Of a stretch of DNA of 64,000 bases, positions 51,591-64,000 are shown in pieces. The position numbers and the translations under genes were made by a program. Origin of the DNA: Lophium mytilinum (taxonomy: Eukaryota); contig MU004183.1 in NCBI GenBank assembly GCA_010093605.1, positions 2,356,001 to 2,420,000 of the forward strand, read 5' to 3'. Position 1 is the first letter of the stretch. Every line of letters starts with the position of its first letter. Under the pieces are notes generated by a model. It did not search any database and was not told where the DNA came from. It saw nothing but the letters and a program-made list of their open reading frames with translations.

Positions 51591-52376
51591 GATGTCGAGA
51601 GTTTCCCAAACTTTCGAAAATGTGGTTTGCTTTCCTTTCTTGAAGGCGTCTCGCGAGATACTCGTACGATAGGTTTCGAATTTGCGACACATGGTGTTTA
51701 TACATGGGTTAAGAAGTGGAGGGGTGGATTCTCTTATCGCCATAAGCTTTGAAATAGGATAGAATAGCTTTATCGGTGCTCCCGAAGCCGACTTCGGAGA
51801 ATCATTGTTGTGTGATTAAGGGAGCTTGCAGCCGAGCCGAAGTGGTGAAATGGCACTGTGACGGTCCCGGCATTTATAGAGATGGTATCTTGGTCACGTC
51901 TTGTCCTATTACTCAACACTAAGCACGTGAACACAGAGCTAGGACTTAAAGTTCGGACCACATGACGAGAAGAAGATGTCGTATGAATGATTATGGCCTG
52001 TTTGCACAATTATTGAACACATATACCTACCCCGCAACGCCACACCAACACGTCATCACATGACCTTTTCGGCCCAACTTCCGACTTCAACCTCCCACCT
52101 CTCATCCACGCTACGCTTATCGGAACAAAACTGCCGTCCCGCCCAACGCATTGCCTTACACACTTCAGCCCAGAGATAGGCCACACCCGCTTCATTGGAG
52201 AAATATGCGAGGGACGCGGTCCGCGGCGTCATCGGGCGCATGGCAAGGGTGCATGGTGGAGAGACGGGGAGGGGGCATGAGGGGTGATGATTGCAGCATT
52301 GGTTCTCTGATATAGAGTTCTGGTGTCGCGGATCTGATCGCTCTAGACTCAATTGCAGAGCTGAGTTCGGATTGAG

Positions 52377-55300
52377 ATGATGTCGACTGCAAGAGGGTAT
52401 CGTCTTGGTGTGGATGTTGGTGTAAGTGCTGGTTCTGATGCCCCATCGTCTAATCTTATCAAACGTTTAATTTTACGCCCATTTTGAATTCGCATCATAT
52501 CTCAATCTTTCCATATCTCAAGAAACCGAAGACCCTCATGCTCACATCACGAACAACGCGTAGGGCACCTTCACCGACATCTGCGTCATCACCCCCACCG
52601 GTCTCACAGTGCGCGCTAAAGTACCCACAAATACAACCGATCAATCTATCGCCGTGAAAGAAGGCGTCGATCAAGTTCGTGCTGTCCTGAAGTCTGATTA
52701 CGGCTGGGACGGGAAATTCGACTATATCCATCACGGAACCACGACGGCAACCAATGCCATCCTGGAAGGCAAAGGCGTCAAAACCGGCCTCGTCGTTACG
52801 AAAGGCCACAAAGACATCCTCAGTTTCCGGCGTAGTCAGATCCCCGGTGGCCTCGGCGCATGGATCAACTTCGTGCAGCCAGAGCCGATCGTACCGCTTG
52901 AGCGCACCGTAGGGGCGCCTGAGCGTGTGAGCATCCAAGGAGAGGTGGTTAAGGAGCTAGACCGAGAAGCATTTCGAGCCAGTCTGGCAGATCTGAAGAA
53001 ACAAAAGCCGCAGGCGATAAGCGTGAGCTTGTTGAATTCCTTCGCGAACAATGTGCACGAAGAGGCGACTCGCGGGATACTTTTAGAGGAGTTCGGAGCC
53101 GAGGTAGAGGTGGTCACCTCAACAGAGATTTTGCCAGAAATCCAGGAGGTAAGTACCTGGAAGAAGATGGTGGTGGTTGGAACGATTGCTGACGAGGACT
53201 AAAAGTACGAACGAACAGTTACGACAGCGGCAAATGCGCTCGTGAAGCCGATTGTTAAGAAATATATGACGGGCTTGCAGAGCCTGTTGAAAAACGATAC
53301 TGATACGATTCGAATTCTGAAAAGCGATGGAGACCTGACATCGACTCACTTGGCGGGCGAAATGCCGGTGTCCATTTTGATGAGTATGGTCCGGTTCATA
53401 CAGGTCACGTTGTTCTCAGAGACTGATTTAGGCTAGGTGGCCCTGCTGGTGGTGTCATTGGCGTTGGCCATGTCGTCTCCAAGAACACTCCGTTCAAGAA
53501 CCTAATCACGCTCGACATGGGGGGCACGTCGACCGACTGTGCACTAATCCCAGGGACGAATGCTATTCTCCGAAGAGAGACGGTCGTTGGGCCTCTCACT
53601 GTCAAAGCTCCTTCCGTTGATGTTCGGACGGTTGGAGCTGGCGGTGGATCTATTGCCCATTATACTCCACTCACCAACGCCCTTCGCGTCGGTCCAGAAT
53701 CGGCGGGCTCTACTCCTGGACCCGCTGCCTATGGCAAAGGAGGAAAACTTGCAACTGTAACAGACGCTAATCTTGCGCTTGGGTACTTGCCTTCAGTACT
53801 TCTAGGAGGCAAATTCAAGCTAGATGTGGCCGCAGCTACCACTGCGGTGGAGGATATTGCTAAGCAAATGGGTATGTCCATCACCGACACTGCCGAAGGC
53901 ATAATCAACCTAGTCAACGAAACGATGTATGGGGCTCTTCGTCTCGTCTCCGTGGAACAAGGCTATGACCCCCGAGATTTCGCGCTCGTCGCCTTTGGAG
54001 GTGCCGGCCCTCTTCACGCGAATGCTATCGGAAAGCTTCTTGGCGCTTTCCCTGTCATTGTTCCTCCAGCTCCTGGCATCTTATGCGCTCAGGGAGACGC
54101 TACGACGAAGATGAGCCACGAGCAATCCATGACATACATAAGATTATTCTCCACGGTCTCTTCCGAAGAGCTACGCGTCGCCTACAAAGACCTCGCTGAG
54201 GGCTGCTCCGTAACCATGAAGAAATCTCTAGTAGATGAGGATCCCGCTCTAAACGTTTCGTATGAAGCCGATATGCGTTACCAGGGCCAGGCTCTTACTC
54301 TAACGGTGCAAATGACAGCGGCTGACCTCGAGAAAAAGACGGAAACTCTACTCGAGCAGCTCCGGGCCAAGTTCGCCAAGGCTCATGAGCAGCAATTCAG
54401 CTTCTCGCTGGGCACGAATATCGATCTGGAGATTATGCGCCTCCGTGTCAAAGCAACCGATGCCTCCCCGGAAGTCCAAATCCAACCCATTGAAGATGCG
54501 CCGAACTCAAATCCACCAGAAACTGCTATCATGTCCAAGAGCATGATCACTGTCAATGACGAACATGTCGAGGCTATTTTCTGGGACCGAGATCAGATCA
54601 CCAAGAAGGGCTACAAAGTCTTTGGACCATGTGTCGTTACTGAAATGGATTCGAACACTCTTATCCTCCCGGGATACTCCGGTGAAATCGACGGCATGGG
54701 CAACATCCTTATTCGACCGATCGAAGAGAAGGATAAGCAATGGGAAGAGGAGATCATCCATACTCCAGAGTCCGCGAAGAAATATGTCGAAGAGAACCCA
54801 CTTGTTCCGACACTCATCTCTTCGTCCCTGGGATCTATTCGACGAGAGATGGACACTCTGATGCTTCGCTGCGCAATGAGCCCCGCCATCAGGGAACAGC
54901 AAGATGAATTCAACGTAATTACGAATCCGGCTGGAAAGATGCTCGTTGGCCAGTTTGGGAGTTTCATTGGTCAGTTCCTTGACTCCTGGAAAGGAACGAT
55001 CGAGGAAGGCGACGTCTTCGTTACCAACGATGTCTACCAAACCAAGGGCGCAGTGTCCCATCTGAACGATGTGATCGTACTCTTGCCTATCCACCATAAT
55101 GGCAAGGTTGTGGGGTGGGCGGCGAACTTTGGGCATCTTACAGACGTACAGGGTAAGGTCCCGGGGTCGATGAGCATCAACGCCAGCACGATTTTCGAAG
55201 ACGGCCTTCAGATTCCGTCCGTTAAACTGTATGCGAAGGGCGAGTATAATCAAAGTCTAGTGGACGTATTCTGCAGGAATAGCCGCATCCCAGAATGGTT

Positions 55301-56850
55301 CCAAAGCGACCTGACTGCGTTGGTTGCGGCTTGCAGGACAGCAGCCGCAAGAGTATGCGAGGTAGGCTGCCTTCGATTTCGCCTCCGCATCTTTCTGACT
55401 GACTCTCTTCCAGCTTTGCGATCGATACGGTACCGAGGTCTATCACGCAGCTTGCGACAGCCTTCTTCTACGCTGCAGGACTGCCATCAGCGAACTCATC
55501 GACAACAAGATTGGCACTGAACGGAGTAACTTCACCGACTTCATCGATGATGACGGCAATGGTATCGGACCTTACGCTATTACTTGCGCAATGCAGAAAG
55601 TCGGTAGCAAGCTTGTCTTCGATTGGGATGGTACAAGTCCTCAGAGTGGGACTTCGATGAACTATTATCTCTCTACTCCGATGTTCAAGGTACGTACAGT
55701 TCCAAGCTCAAACCTGTGGATGCTATACTGATGCTATTAGATCTTTATCTCTTACTTCCTTCTCGCGGTCTACGACCCCCACAGCGTCGTCAATGACGGC
55801 CCCGCCGATCTCATCGAGCTCAAAATTCCTGAAGGCAGCATCTTGCGACCCGTTCGCCCTGCTGCTCTGTCTTGTCGCACGCATCTCCTAGGCAGGGTCA
55901 TGGACATCATCCAAGCCCTCTTCGGACAGCGCAACCCAGCCTTCCGCTCCGCCGCTGGCTTCTCCGACTCTCCTCATCTCTTCTACTCTGGCTTCAAGCC
56001 CACGGGCGACTGGTTCTTGCTCTATCAAATTGGCTTTGGTGGTGTACCTGCACGACCCATCGGCGACGGACCAGATTGCCACTGCCTCTTCCCTGCTATC
56101 AAGTCTATCCCAACGGAAAACATCGAGCTTTACTTCCCACTCATCATTGAAGCCAACGAATCCGTTGCAGACTCTGGCGGCGCAGGATTCTACCGAGGTG
56201 GAAATGCGCAAAGAACTATGTATCGCTTCCTATGCGAAGGTGAGGTCTCTATTCACGACGACCGTTGGCTCACGAAGCCATGGGGCGTCAACGGTGGCGA
56301 ACCTGGAACCAGATCGCGGAAGGGCATATACAGAAATCACTCGTACGGCACGGACAGGGAAGAGCACGAGGCTATCCTATCCAAATGCGATCACATCCGT
56401 GTCAAGCCCGGCGATGTCCTCGAATGGATCACATGGGGCGGCGGTGGGCTCGGCGACCCGCTCACCCGCCCTCCAGAAATCGTAGCTAAGGAAGTCCATC
56501 GTAAACTCGTAACGATCGAAGGAGCGGCGAAAAACTATGGCGTCGTGATGGGCGAGAACTGGGAGCCTGATACTGAGAAGACGGAGGCGTTGAGGAAGAG
56601 TATCAGAGAGAAGAGGAAGGACGGGTGGGACAGCGTGACATATAACTGGGGGTGGGCAGAGGATGATGGGGGCATAGAGAGTCTAGTCAGATATGCGGAG
56701 AAAGAGACGGGGCTGAAGGCCCCGACGCCACACTGGGAGAAGGATCCATATGGGCCGCATGTTGGACTGCCGTACGTGAAGGAGTGGTTTACGAGGATGA
56801 GGAAGGAGGGGTATGGGGGCTGGAAAGTCTTGGAGAAAGTGGGTGGGTAG
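52377..56850 (+). CDS. Fused hydantoinase A + hydantoinase B (ATP-dependent 5-oxoprolinase / N-methylhydantoinase family), multi-exon
   Basis: A half: RLGVDVG|GTFTD, HGTTTATNA, DMGGTSTD, GAGGGSI, VGPESAG and FGGAGPLH. B half: SPAIREQQD, NDVY...SHLND, GHLTD, DSGGAG..RGG and WGGGGLGDP. Confidence 0.95.
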
Positions 56851-57088
56851 GTGGCTCTAGTACCACGTCGTCATGTCGCATCATTTTTGATGGCAAGCTC
56901 ATGTTCTCCAATCTACCTTCCATCATTCCATTCTTCTATGAAACCCCCTCAACTGGTTCTTATCCCGTTTAAACTCCATCCATGTCGATTTTGTCACCGT
57001 ATGCGTCGTTTCGCGAACCTCCGCTTCCAACCTAATCCATTAATGAATGTCATACCTAGTTCGAGGCTTCTGAGACTCTGGCGTCGGC

Positions 57089-57418
57089 TTAGGCGTCATC
57101 AGTCTCGTCTGGCCACGGTCCGCGACCGAGAGGGTAGATGTGACGCGACGGAGATTCGGGTGGCTCTGATGCTGCTGCGGCAGTCTCTGTGGCAACTGTG
57201 GTGTCTTCTGGCTCGCCGGGGAGAGCTGGGGGATTTTGAGATGAAGATGATGTCTCAGGAGCTGCGGCTACATTCTCCGCACTAGCTGTGCTCTCCTCTG
57301 CATTGCCGGTGGGAGGGTCAATAGTTCGAGACGGGGATGCCGAGGAGTTTTCGACGTCATTGTTGGTGGCTTCCGTAGGAGGAGGACCGCTGCGAGAGTT
57401 TGGAGCAGACTGCGCCAT
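57089..57418 (-). CDS. Hypothetical low-complexity S/T/E/P-rich protein
   Basis: 109-aa ORF with good start context (CACAATGG). No domain recognised. Confidence 0.35.
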   Translation of the reverse strand: MAQSAPNSRSGPPPTEATNNDVENSSASPSRTIDPPTGNAEESTASAENVAAAPETSSSSQNPPALPGEPEDTTVATETAAAASEPPESPSRHIYPLGRGPWPDETDDA

Positions 57419-58103
57419 TGTGAGTTGGCTGACTGGGTTGTACGGCTTAGCTAGCTGGGTCAGTCTGTCTTATGTATTTTTTGATTTTGTTTGTAGGTGC
57501 AAGGTAGAAGCTCGCGGAACGTAAGAATTAGGAAGGCGGTGGTAGAGCAGCGAATTATCCACCAGCATCACTAGTTTTCGTACAGGTCAGGACGAAATCT
57601 TGCCGACGGCCGTCCAAACACTGTGAGTGTACTTCTCATTGAAAACTCTCGCTAAACTAAAGGATTAAGTGCGCAAAGGTCACCACGAGCTAGTCACCGC
57701 GGTCAATTTTAAATAGTGAATGAGGGTTTCTTCACCAGGATCGGGAAGGACCAGATGACAAGTTAAGACAGCAAGCCTAATGTGAGATGTCTCTATCTAC
57801 AGATGCTTCTTGTCTTTTTTACCCATGCCTTCTATGCAACCCCGGGTATCTTTTGGACAGAAAGAAAAGCATAGAAATGCCCGGGCCAAGCTAGCATCGT
57901 CCCAATCCTGGATGAAGCCCCTTCCAGGACCGTCTCGCCTATCAAATCGACCGCAGAGTCGTAAAAGTACTGACAAAAGAAGAATCGAACACAGAATGTT
58001 CAGACAGTGTCTAAAAGGCATGTGTTAGTTCAAGAAAGAAAATAGCCGGAATGGTACAACGAACCAAAACATCAGATCCCGCACATTCGAAGGCCTCTCC
58101 TTT

Positions 58104-58632
58104 CTAGCAGAGGTAGAAAGCGAGCGGGCCGCCGTTGTGGCAGTCCTTCTGGACTGGCCACTCGCAGCTCTTGTCGTTGTAGGTGCAGAAGATGGTAGGA
58201 CATACTCCCGCGTCCCCAACCTGAACGAATCGACGGTTGGTAACGAAGGGCGACCCGTCGAGGCTCGAGAGGTCATACCACGTCCTGCTGTCACGGCACG
58301 AATACTCGACTTGATACGGGTGGCTCAACGCGGCGTTGTTGTCCACCTTGATGACCACGCCTTCTCCTCCGCACTGGGCATCGTAGGCAGCCCAGTAGGT
58401 CTGGCCAGGAGGGACAGCGACGATACCGGTGTCGCCGCCGTTACCATGGGCAGTCTTCGCATAGGCCGTAAACCCACAATTGTTCTTGAAGAAACCCTTA
58501 GTGGCGGCGGCAGAGACTGGAGAGAGAAGCGCGAAGAGACCCACAACCAGGAGAGCTTACTAAGGTTAGACCACTCTTCGAGCTGGTAACATAGAGAGAT
58601 GTGAACTTACCGAAAAGAGTGAACCGAGACAT
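58104..58632 (-). CDS. Small secreted Bys1/thaumatin-like protein, 2 exons
   Basis: Signal peptide split by an intron, then KNNCGF, GVVIKV, YQVEYS...WYDLSSLDGSPF and a Cys-rich end. TATA-like TATATAAA upstream near 58835. Confidence 0.75.
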
Positions 58633-60395
58633 TCTGAAGACTCGGTTGAGTTGAAGATTGGGGAGGTATAGAGATGCTGTATTGATGCTCTATAAGAATA
58701 GAAAAACTGTGGGACTGTGGTAGCGAGTGTCGAGCAAGAAGAGTGTCAAAGAGTGTGGTATAAATATTGACACAGTTGCTAGAGACTGTGTAGATGTAGA
58801 TAAAGGAGAGACCAACTTAGGATCCAAGGGGATTTATATAGGTTTCCTGCACTCCCACGCGGTCGCCGATTTCCCCCTGTGCGGCACTCCCTTCGCGAGC
58901 TCGCAGAATGATCCAGAACTACTTGGCCATCGGAGCTCCTATTCTATTCACTAGGCCGGCAATTGAGGGCGTCGCCATCGTCCTGGAGCGCTGCTCGAGG
59001 CTTCTCGCGGCTCTGGGCAGCCCCTGGAAAGGTCCAATGGTCAGCTTCCGCCCGCCGTTTACACCGCAAGCGACGACTTCTGCACTTGAAAGGGACATTT
59101 CTATTCACTGGGATGGCAAGCGAGGATATTGCAAGACTACTGTTTGATTCAACTCATAAGGTTCGGCAAACCCTGATGTCCGATTCCCTAATCTCCGCCT
59201 TTGGCCACCTCGATGCGGACAAGCTGCTTGCCGCGCCCAACCCCGTCGAAATTCGACATCGAGTTCGCTACCTTCGACTATCGTGGGTACCTGCGGTCTT
59301 GAGAGCTGCCTTAGAGTTCTCGAGTGCCCCATGGTGCCCAAGTTTCGCCCCTCGCTCATCAATTGGAGACTTCACGTCAACGGCGCCTGTCGTTGGTATG
59401 CTGACGTGCTGAGTAATAGCAGGAGTATTTGCTTCTGGTGCAGCAGCGGATAAGTCAGCTACAGACGTTGGACTTGGAGGCCCAGTAGCCCCAATTTCTC
59501 CACTGCCTCTATCATGTTCTGAACGAGAGGAAGAACAAGCTTGCAGATTGTACTTCTTTTTGTACCTCCGAGGGTTGTACGGGTAAGGCACCATCACGCC
59601 CGGCCCACCGCTACGTCGAGCAGGTAGGGGGATGTCTTCTGAACTAGATGAACTAGGTGAAGAAGGACCTTGCGGTCTGTGCGGAAGAGGTTTTATCACG
59701 GGCCTGTGCGGAGGGTTTTTCTTGCTCCAACAACCGTTACACCCGCCATGTTCATAATTTTCCTCGTTCCAGTGGGCTCGGTCGGCGCGGAAGGGTAGAT
59801 GTTCGTTGATCCATACATACCGACGTAAGAAGTCTTCGCAAGAGCCCTCTTCATTGCAGTTCCTGCAAGTTTGTATGAAACTTGGAGGAGACATGGTCTT
59901 CCTAAGGTAGGAGGCACTGAGCGACAAAAAGTTACAATACGAGCGGATAGCAAAGCGAACGAGTAAAGGAAGACTGTCACAACGCAGAGAGAAGCGCATC
60001 GCTCTCATATACACTAGGACCGATTGCTCTAGTTCAGATGACTGTAGATAGCTCATGATTGCATTTGCATAGAACCGATCATGTGAGCGAATGAGTCTCA
60101 TTGGGTGGTCGTCATTCTGGTCAAGCTGCTCAGTGGAGTTGCGAGTGACGGACGGCTTGACTCAGTAATTATGCTCAAGAGCTCCTGGGCGGGGGGGTAC
60201 AGGCTTAGAGTAGTGAAGTTTCAATTACCACCCCCGGAATAATTCCTGGACCTGGCTGAACCGACCCAGGAATACAGGTCAGTATTCCCAATCTCGATAT
60301 TCTGTCTCAAAACTAATCGCTTACGTCCTGGATTGCTCACCACAGTTTACTTTTCTCTAAAATAGATCACATTCTCCAATTTAGCCTCTCTGCTA

Positions 60396-60622
60396 CAGTG
60401 ACAGGACATAAGTATGTGCACAACAGTTTGCCACTGCTTGGAGTGCCCCAGAGAGTTTTGAGGATCTAGGCATAATGTCAATTCCGAAGCAATGCAAATC
60501 AGATTACTCCTTAACTTGTTGCTACTAATTAGCTGGGCTACTCCACTCAGTAGGGTCCAGAACACAGGAGTGGAGCTGAGCAGTGATAATATCCGTGTGC
60601 TGAGACTTATGGCCTAGTACTG
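60396..60622. mobile_element. MITE family A, copy 3 (more diverged)
   Basis: TA|CAGTGACAGGACATAAGT...ACTTATGGCCTAGTACTG|TA. Shares GCCACTGCTTGG and AAGCA.TGCA with the other copies. Confidence 0.65.
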
Positions 60623-62024
60623 TACCTACAATCTCCCAAGCACCGCCTCTCTGGCAGCGTCCACTTCTCAACTCTCCGTTCCAACTTCACCCCTCTATAA
60701 CCTAGCTAATCTATCCCCCAGCTCCTGCATCTCACGTTCCAACGAAAGTAAGCTAATCACAAGGTCGTTATTCGCACCCCAACCACCCCCTTGCCCAGCA
60801 GCCAGCTCAACTCTCATTTCCAACCGCTCTACCGCCTTCTTGAGATCCTTGACATCGTTTTCTACCCGAAGTAAGTTACTCGCAACATCCCCATCACCTG
60901 ACCCCGGAGTTCTATACGGGTTCGCGGCATCGAAGCGATCTTTGCACCTGTTGCAGACCGGGTTGCTACCCGAGAAGCAGTGAGTGGGGGACCTTGTTTA
61001 CAATGGGTGCAGAACCGGCGGGGGGTGAGAGGTATAGGTGTGTTTGGAGCCGGTACGGGTTGTTCAGGCGCGGGGTTAGCAGGTACATAGGAGCCTCGGT
61101 AGAGACGACGATCCATTAGGGAAGGGGTGCAGAAAACGCTGAGCTGGAGTGGCTTGTGAGCCTTTGCTTTGGAATTTTTCCGTGTAGGTATGTGAGTCCG
61201 CTTTACTGGTGGGATGTTGATGCTCTGCAGAGTTTGTCAAGTGGCAGGGTAGCGATGTACTTGGCTGGGGCATGAAGTGACTGGGTTGATGAAGAAGTCT
61301 CTTATAACTCCCTGAGATGTTTGCAGCACGCCTTTGGGAACTCATAGGTTCGATCTCGTGATGGGAGCAAGCAAGCACGGCGGGTTTGAGGCTGGATTGC
61401 TGGAGAGTCAATGACATAGTTGAACTTGCAATAGTATTTGCAGTAGAAAGCGGAAAGGCTCCGGTTTGGAGCCGGTAGGTTACCGAGGAGGGGCAGAGGT
61501 TGTTCTAACGTCTTCGCTTCTTGACATCGTGAAGCCTTTTCAACTCCACGCCGTGAACTAAGGGCATTAACACGCTATGTTTCCTGCTCTGTCAATCTAA
61601 CAACCCCATGTCAAGCATCCTACCCGTAAGGGTTTTGTTTCTCATCCTTTCCCTTAGCTACTTCGCCTTCTAGCTCCTTGATCTTCTTCCGTTGCTGACG
61701 ATTCTCATCCTCCAGATCCCTCACTCTCTTCTTCAGGCTCGTGTTTTCAAGGTCCGTCTGGGCCGAACGAGCCAGAACGTCGGTATCATCCGTTCCAGGG
61801 TTGGGAGAGGCGGCTATCCTGATCTCTGTCTTGGTGACGCTATCTTTGAGACGACTGAGTGGCTGGTAGCGAGGTATAGCTGCAAGCGGTGGGGGAGGTC
61901 TCGTCTGCAGCGACGGGAATGCCGACGACGACGCAATCAGATCTAACAAACCCGGTAACGATTGAGCTTTGTTTTATTGGGTGGTTTTTAGTTTTTAACG
62001 ATTACAAAACGCTTTCTCCTGCCT

Positions 62025-64000
62025 TTCTCTATATAATATTTCCAATTATGTAATGTAAGAATTTAGAGAATAATAGATATTAATTCTATATAGAAATCTA
62101 GCTAGGCTATATATATATTAGAGAGGCCTATATAGGCCTTAATTATACTAGATCTATATAGAAAAGTATTTCTATAGTAGATCTATATATTATATATATA
62201 ATATCTAAATATTAACTATATATTAAAAATTCTATATTCTTCTCTTCTAGATCTAATTTACTACTAAATTATATTTATAATAGTATATTACGCTTACTAC
62301 TTTACGCTATATATTATTAGTATATTAGGCTATTAGCTTCTTTAGAAGCTTTAAAGCTTCTAGGGGTATATAATACTATAAAAGGTATATTAGTAGGTAG
62401 TAATATTATAGTAATATTACCTAAGAGGGGTTTAGAATTCTTTAGAGGTCTACTACTATATTAGTAGGAAATAATAGAGGTATTAGAATATTTAATAGCT
62501 TAATAGTAAGAAAGAATTAGAAGAGATTATAAAGTATTTATAATAGAGGAAACTATAAGGTAATATAAATATTAGTATACTAGCGCGCATTAGATTCTAA
62601 TATATAATTAGAGCTATAATAGCTAATAATAGGCTTATTAGAGATCTTATAAAGTCTCTTATAATCTAGTAAAAAGCTTATAATCTTATATAGGTCTAAG
62701 AAGCTATTAGTATATTATAGAGTAGTAAGTAGTAATCTAGAAGTAATAGATTTAAGAATCTAGAGTATATATAAGGCCTTCTTAATGCTTTTATACTCTT
62801 TTTTCTATACTTAACTTTCTTCTTTAAGGTTTAAGCTTCTTTTAACTTTAAAGATTTATTAAAGACTTTTATAGCTTCTCTTCTTATTACTATTATCTTT
62901 CTTTATTAATTTCTTTATTAGGATTTTCTCTCTCTTAGCTTCTAGGCTACTTCTTCTTACTCTAAGTTAGTATTATAATATTACTTAATATCTAGCTAGG
63001 TTCTATAGCCTCTAGCTTACTCTATAGAAGAGGTAGAGATAATAAAGGTAATAATTCTTTAGACTCTAGCTATAGTTATAAGGTTCTACGCTCTTATAAA
63101 TACTTAGATATTTTAGCTTATAAAGCCTTATAGGCCTATAGTAAGTTTCTAATAATAGTTTAGCTCTTTCTTTTAATAAAGCTAATAAGATCTAGTTACT
63201 ATTATACTTATATTAATTATTAACCTTCTAATAGTTTAGAGGTTCTATAATCTATACTATATATAGCTAATAGCCTTTAATAACTTTATTCTACTTTCTT
63301 AAGCCTTTTAATGCTATACTATAGCTCCTAATTATCTAAACTACGCTAAATACCCTCTAAAGTTTAAAGGTAGTAGTAGAGCTTAGAGAAATATACTACT
63401 TTAAGGATTCCTTAGTAATATTAGAGATAATAAACTAATTTTAAATAAGAACTATAGCTATACTTTATACTTTATAGGGCTTCTTAAATAGTATTTAGGC
63501 TTAAGGGTAGATTATAGTAAGAATTCTAGGGCTTCTTCTACCTTTAGGGCCTATAACTACTACTTAAGAATATTCTTAGAAGGCTATTAGTTTAGTAAAT
63601 ATATTTAGGCTTATAATCTAGATAGTTCTTCTCTCTACTAAGAATTCTATATAGAATATTATTAGCAGGGTAGTAAGAAGACTTATTTATTCTAAGATAA
63701 GTTTAGCTTTACTTTTAAAGTATCTTAGAACTTAGCTAATACCTATTATAGAAGGGTAGACTCTAATAGCTTATTAAAAGACTACTAGGGCTTATATTTA
63801 ATAAGGTTACTATAATATTACTAAGTTTATATCTTCTCTTTATAACTAAAAATCTATTAAGAATCTAGCTAAGAATATAGTGCGCTTAGCCTTAGCTATA
63901 TAGCTACTAATAGAATTAATTTAAAGAAAGACTACTATACTACTATATAATCTAGGTATTTCTTATACTTCTAAATCTTTAATAGCTTAATATTATCTAT
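62025..64000. mobile_element. Heavily RIP-mutated repeat/transposon relic, continuing beyond the window
   Basis: Abrupt switch to very AT-rich sequence with strong TpA excess, almost no CpA/TpG and no ORFs. The element class is not readable. Confidence 0.85.

Noticed and set aside
62025..64000. Assigning the RIP relic to a specific TE class, or calling it a centromere
   Set aside because: It is too mutated to read diagnostic motifs and is truncated by the window edge.

Overview
This is eukaryotic DNA from a filamentous ascomycete (Pezizomycotina), judged from short GT-AG introns with CTRAC branch sites and RIP-type mutation. About 25 protein genes can be supported. They include rho2, MRPL28, vps71, an acyl-protein thioesterase, a GH47 mannosidase, a PDR ABC transporter, an SDR, a HET-domain protein, an astacin-like protease, an F-box protein, an amidase, a fused hydantoinase/oxoprolinase and several small secreted proteins. 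The best candidate for an undescribed system is a compact five-gene cluster at 16.3-24.8 kb with no backbone synthase. It holds two PhyH-type Fe(II)/2-oxoglutarate dioxygenases (one with HxH in place of the HxD iron motif), a fungal transcription-factor-domain protein, a DUF3445/heme N-demethylase-like protein and an amine/amino-acid permease; I infer it catabolises an N-methylated amine. Non-coding structure is abundant: a 9-copy ~161-bp tandem array, three kinds of non-autonomous TIR element (5-bp, 9-bp and TA target duplications), long hairpin-forming introns that share a motif with one MITE, and a RIP-degraded block at the right end. A 53-aa secreted Cys-rich peptide gene lies below the ORF-track size limit. 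All family assignments come from motif recognition by eye, not database searches, and exon boundaries were inferred manually.
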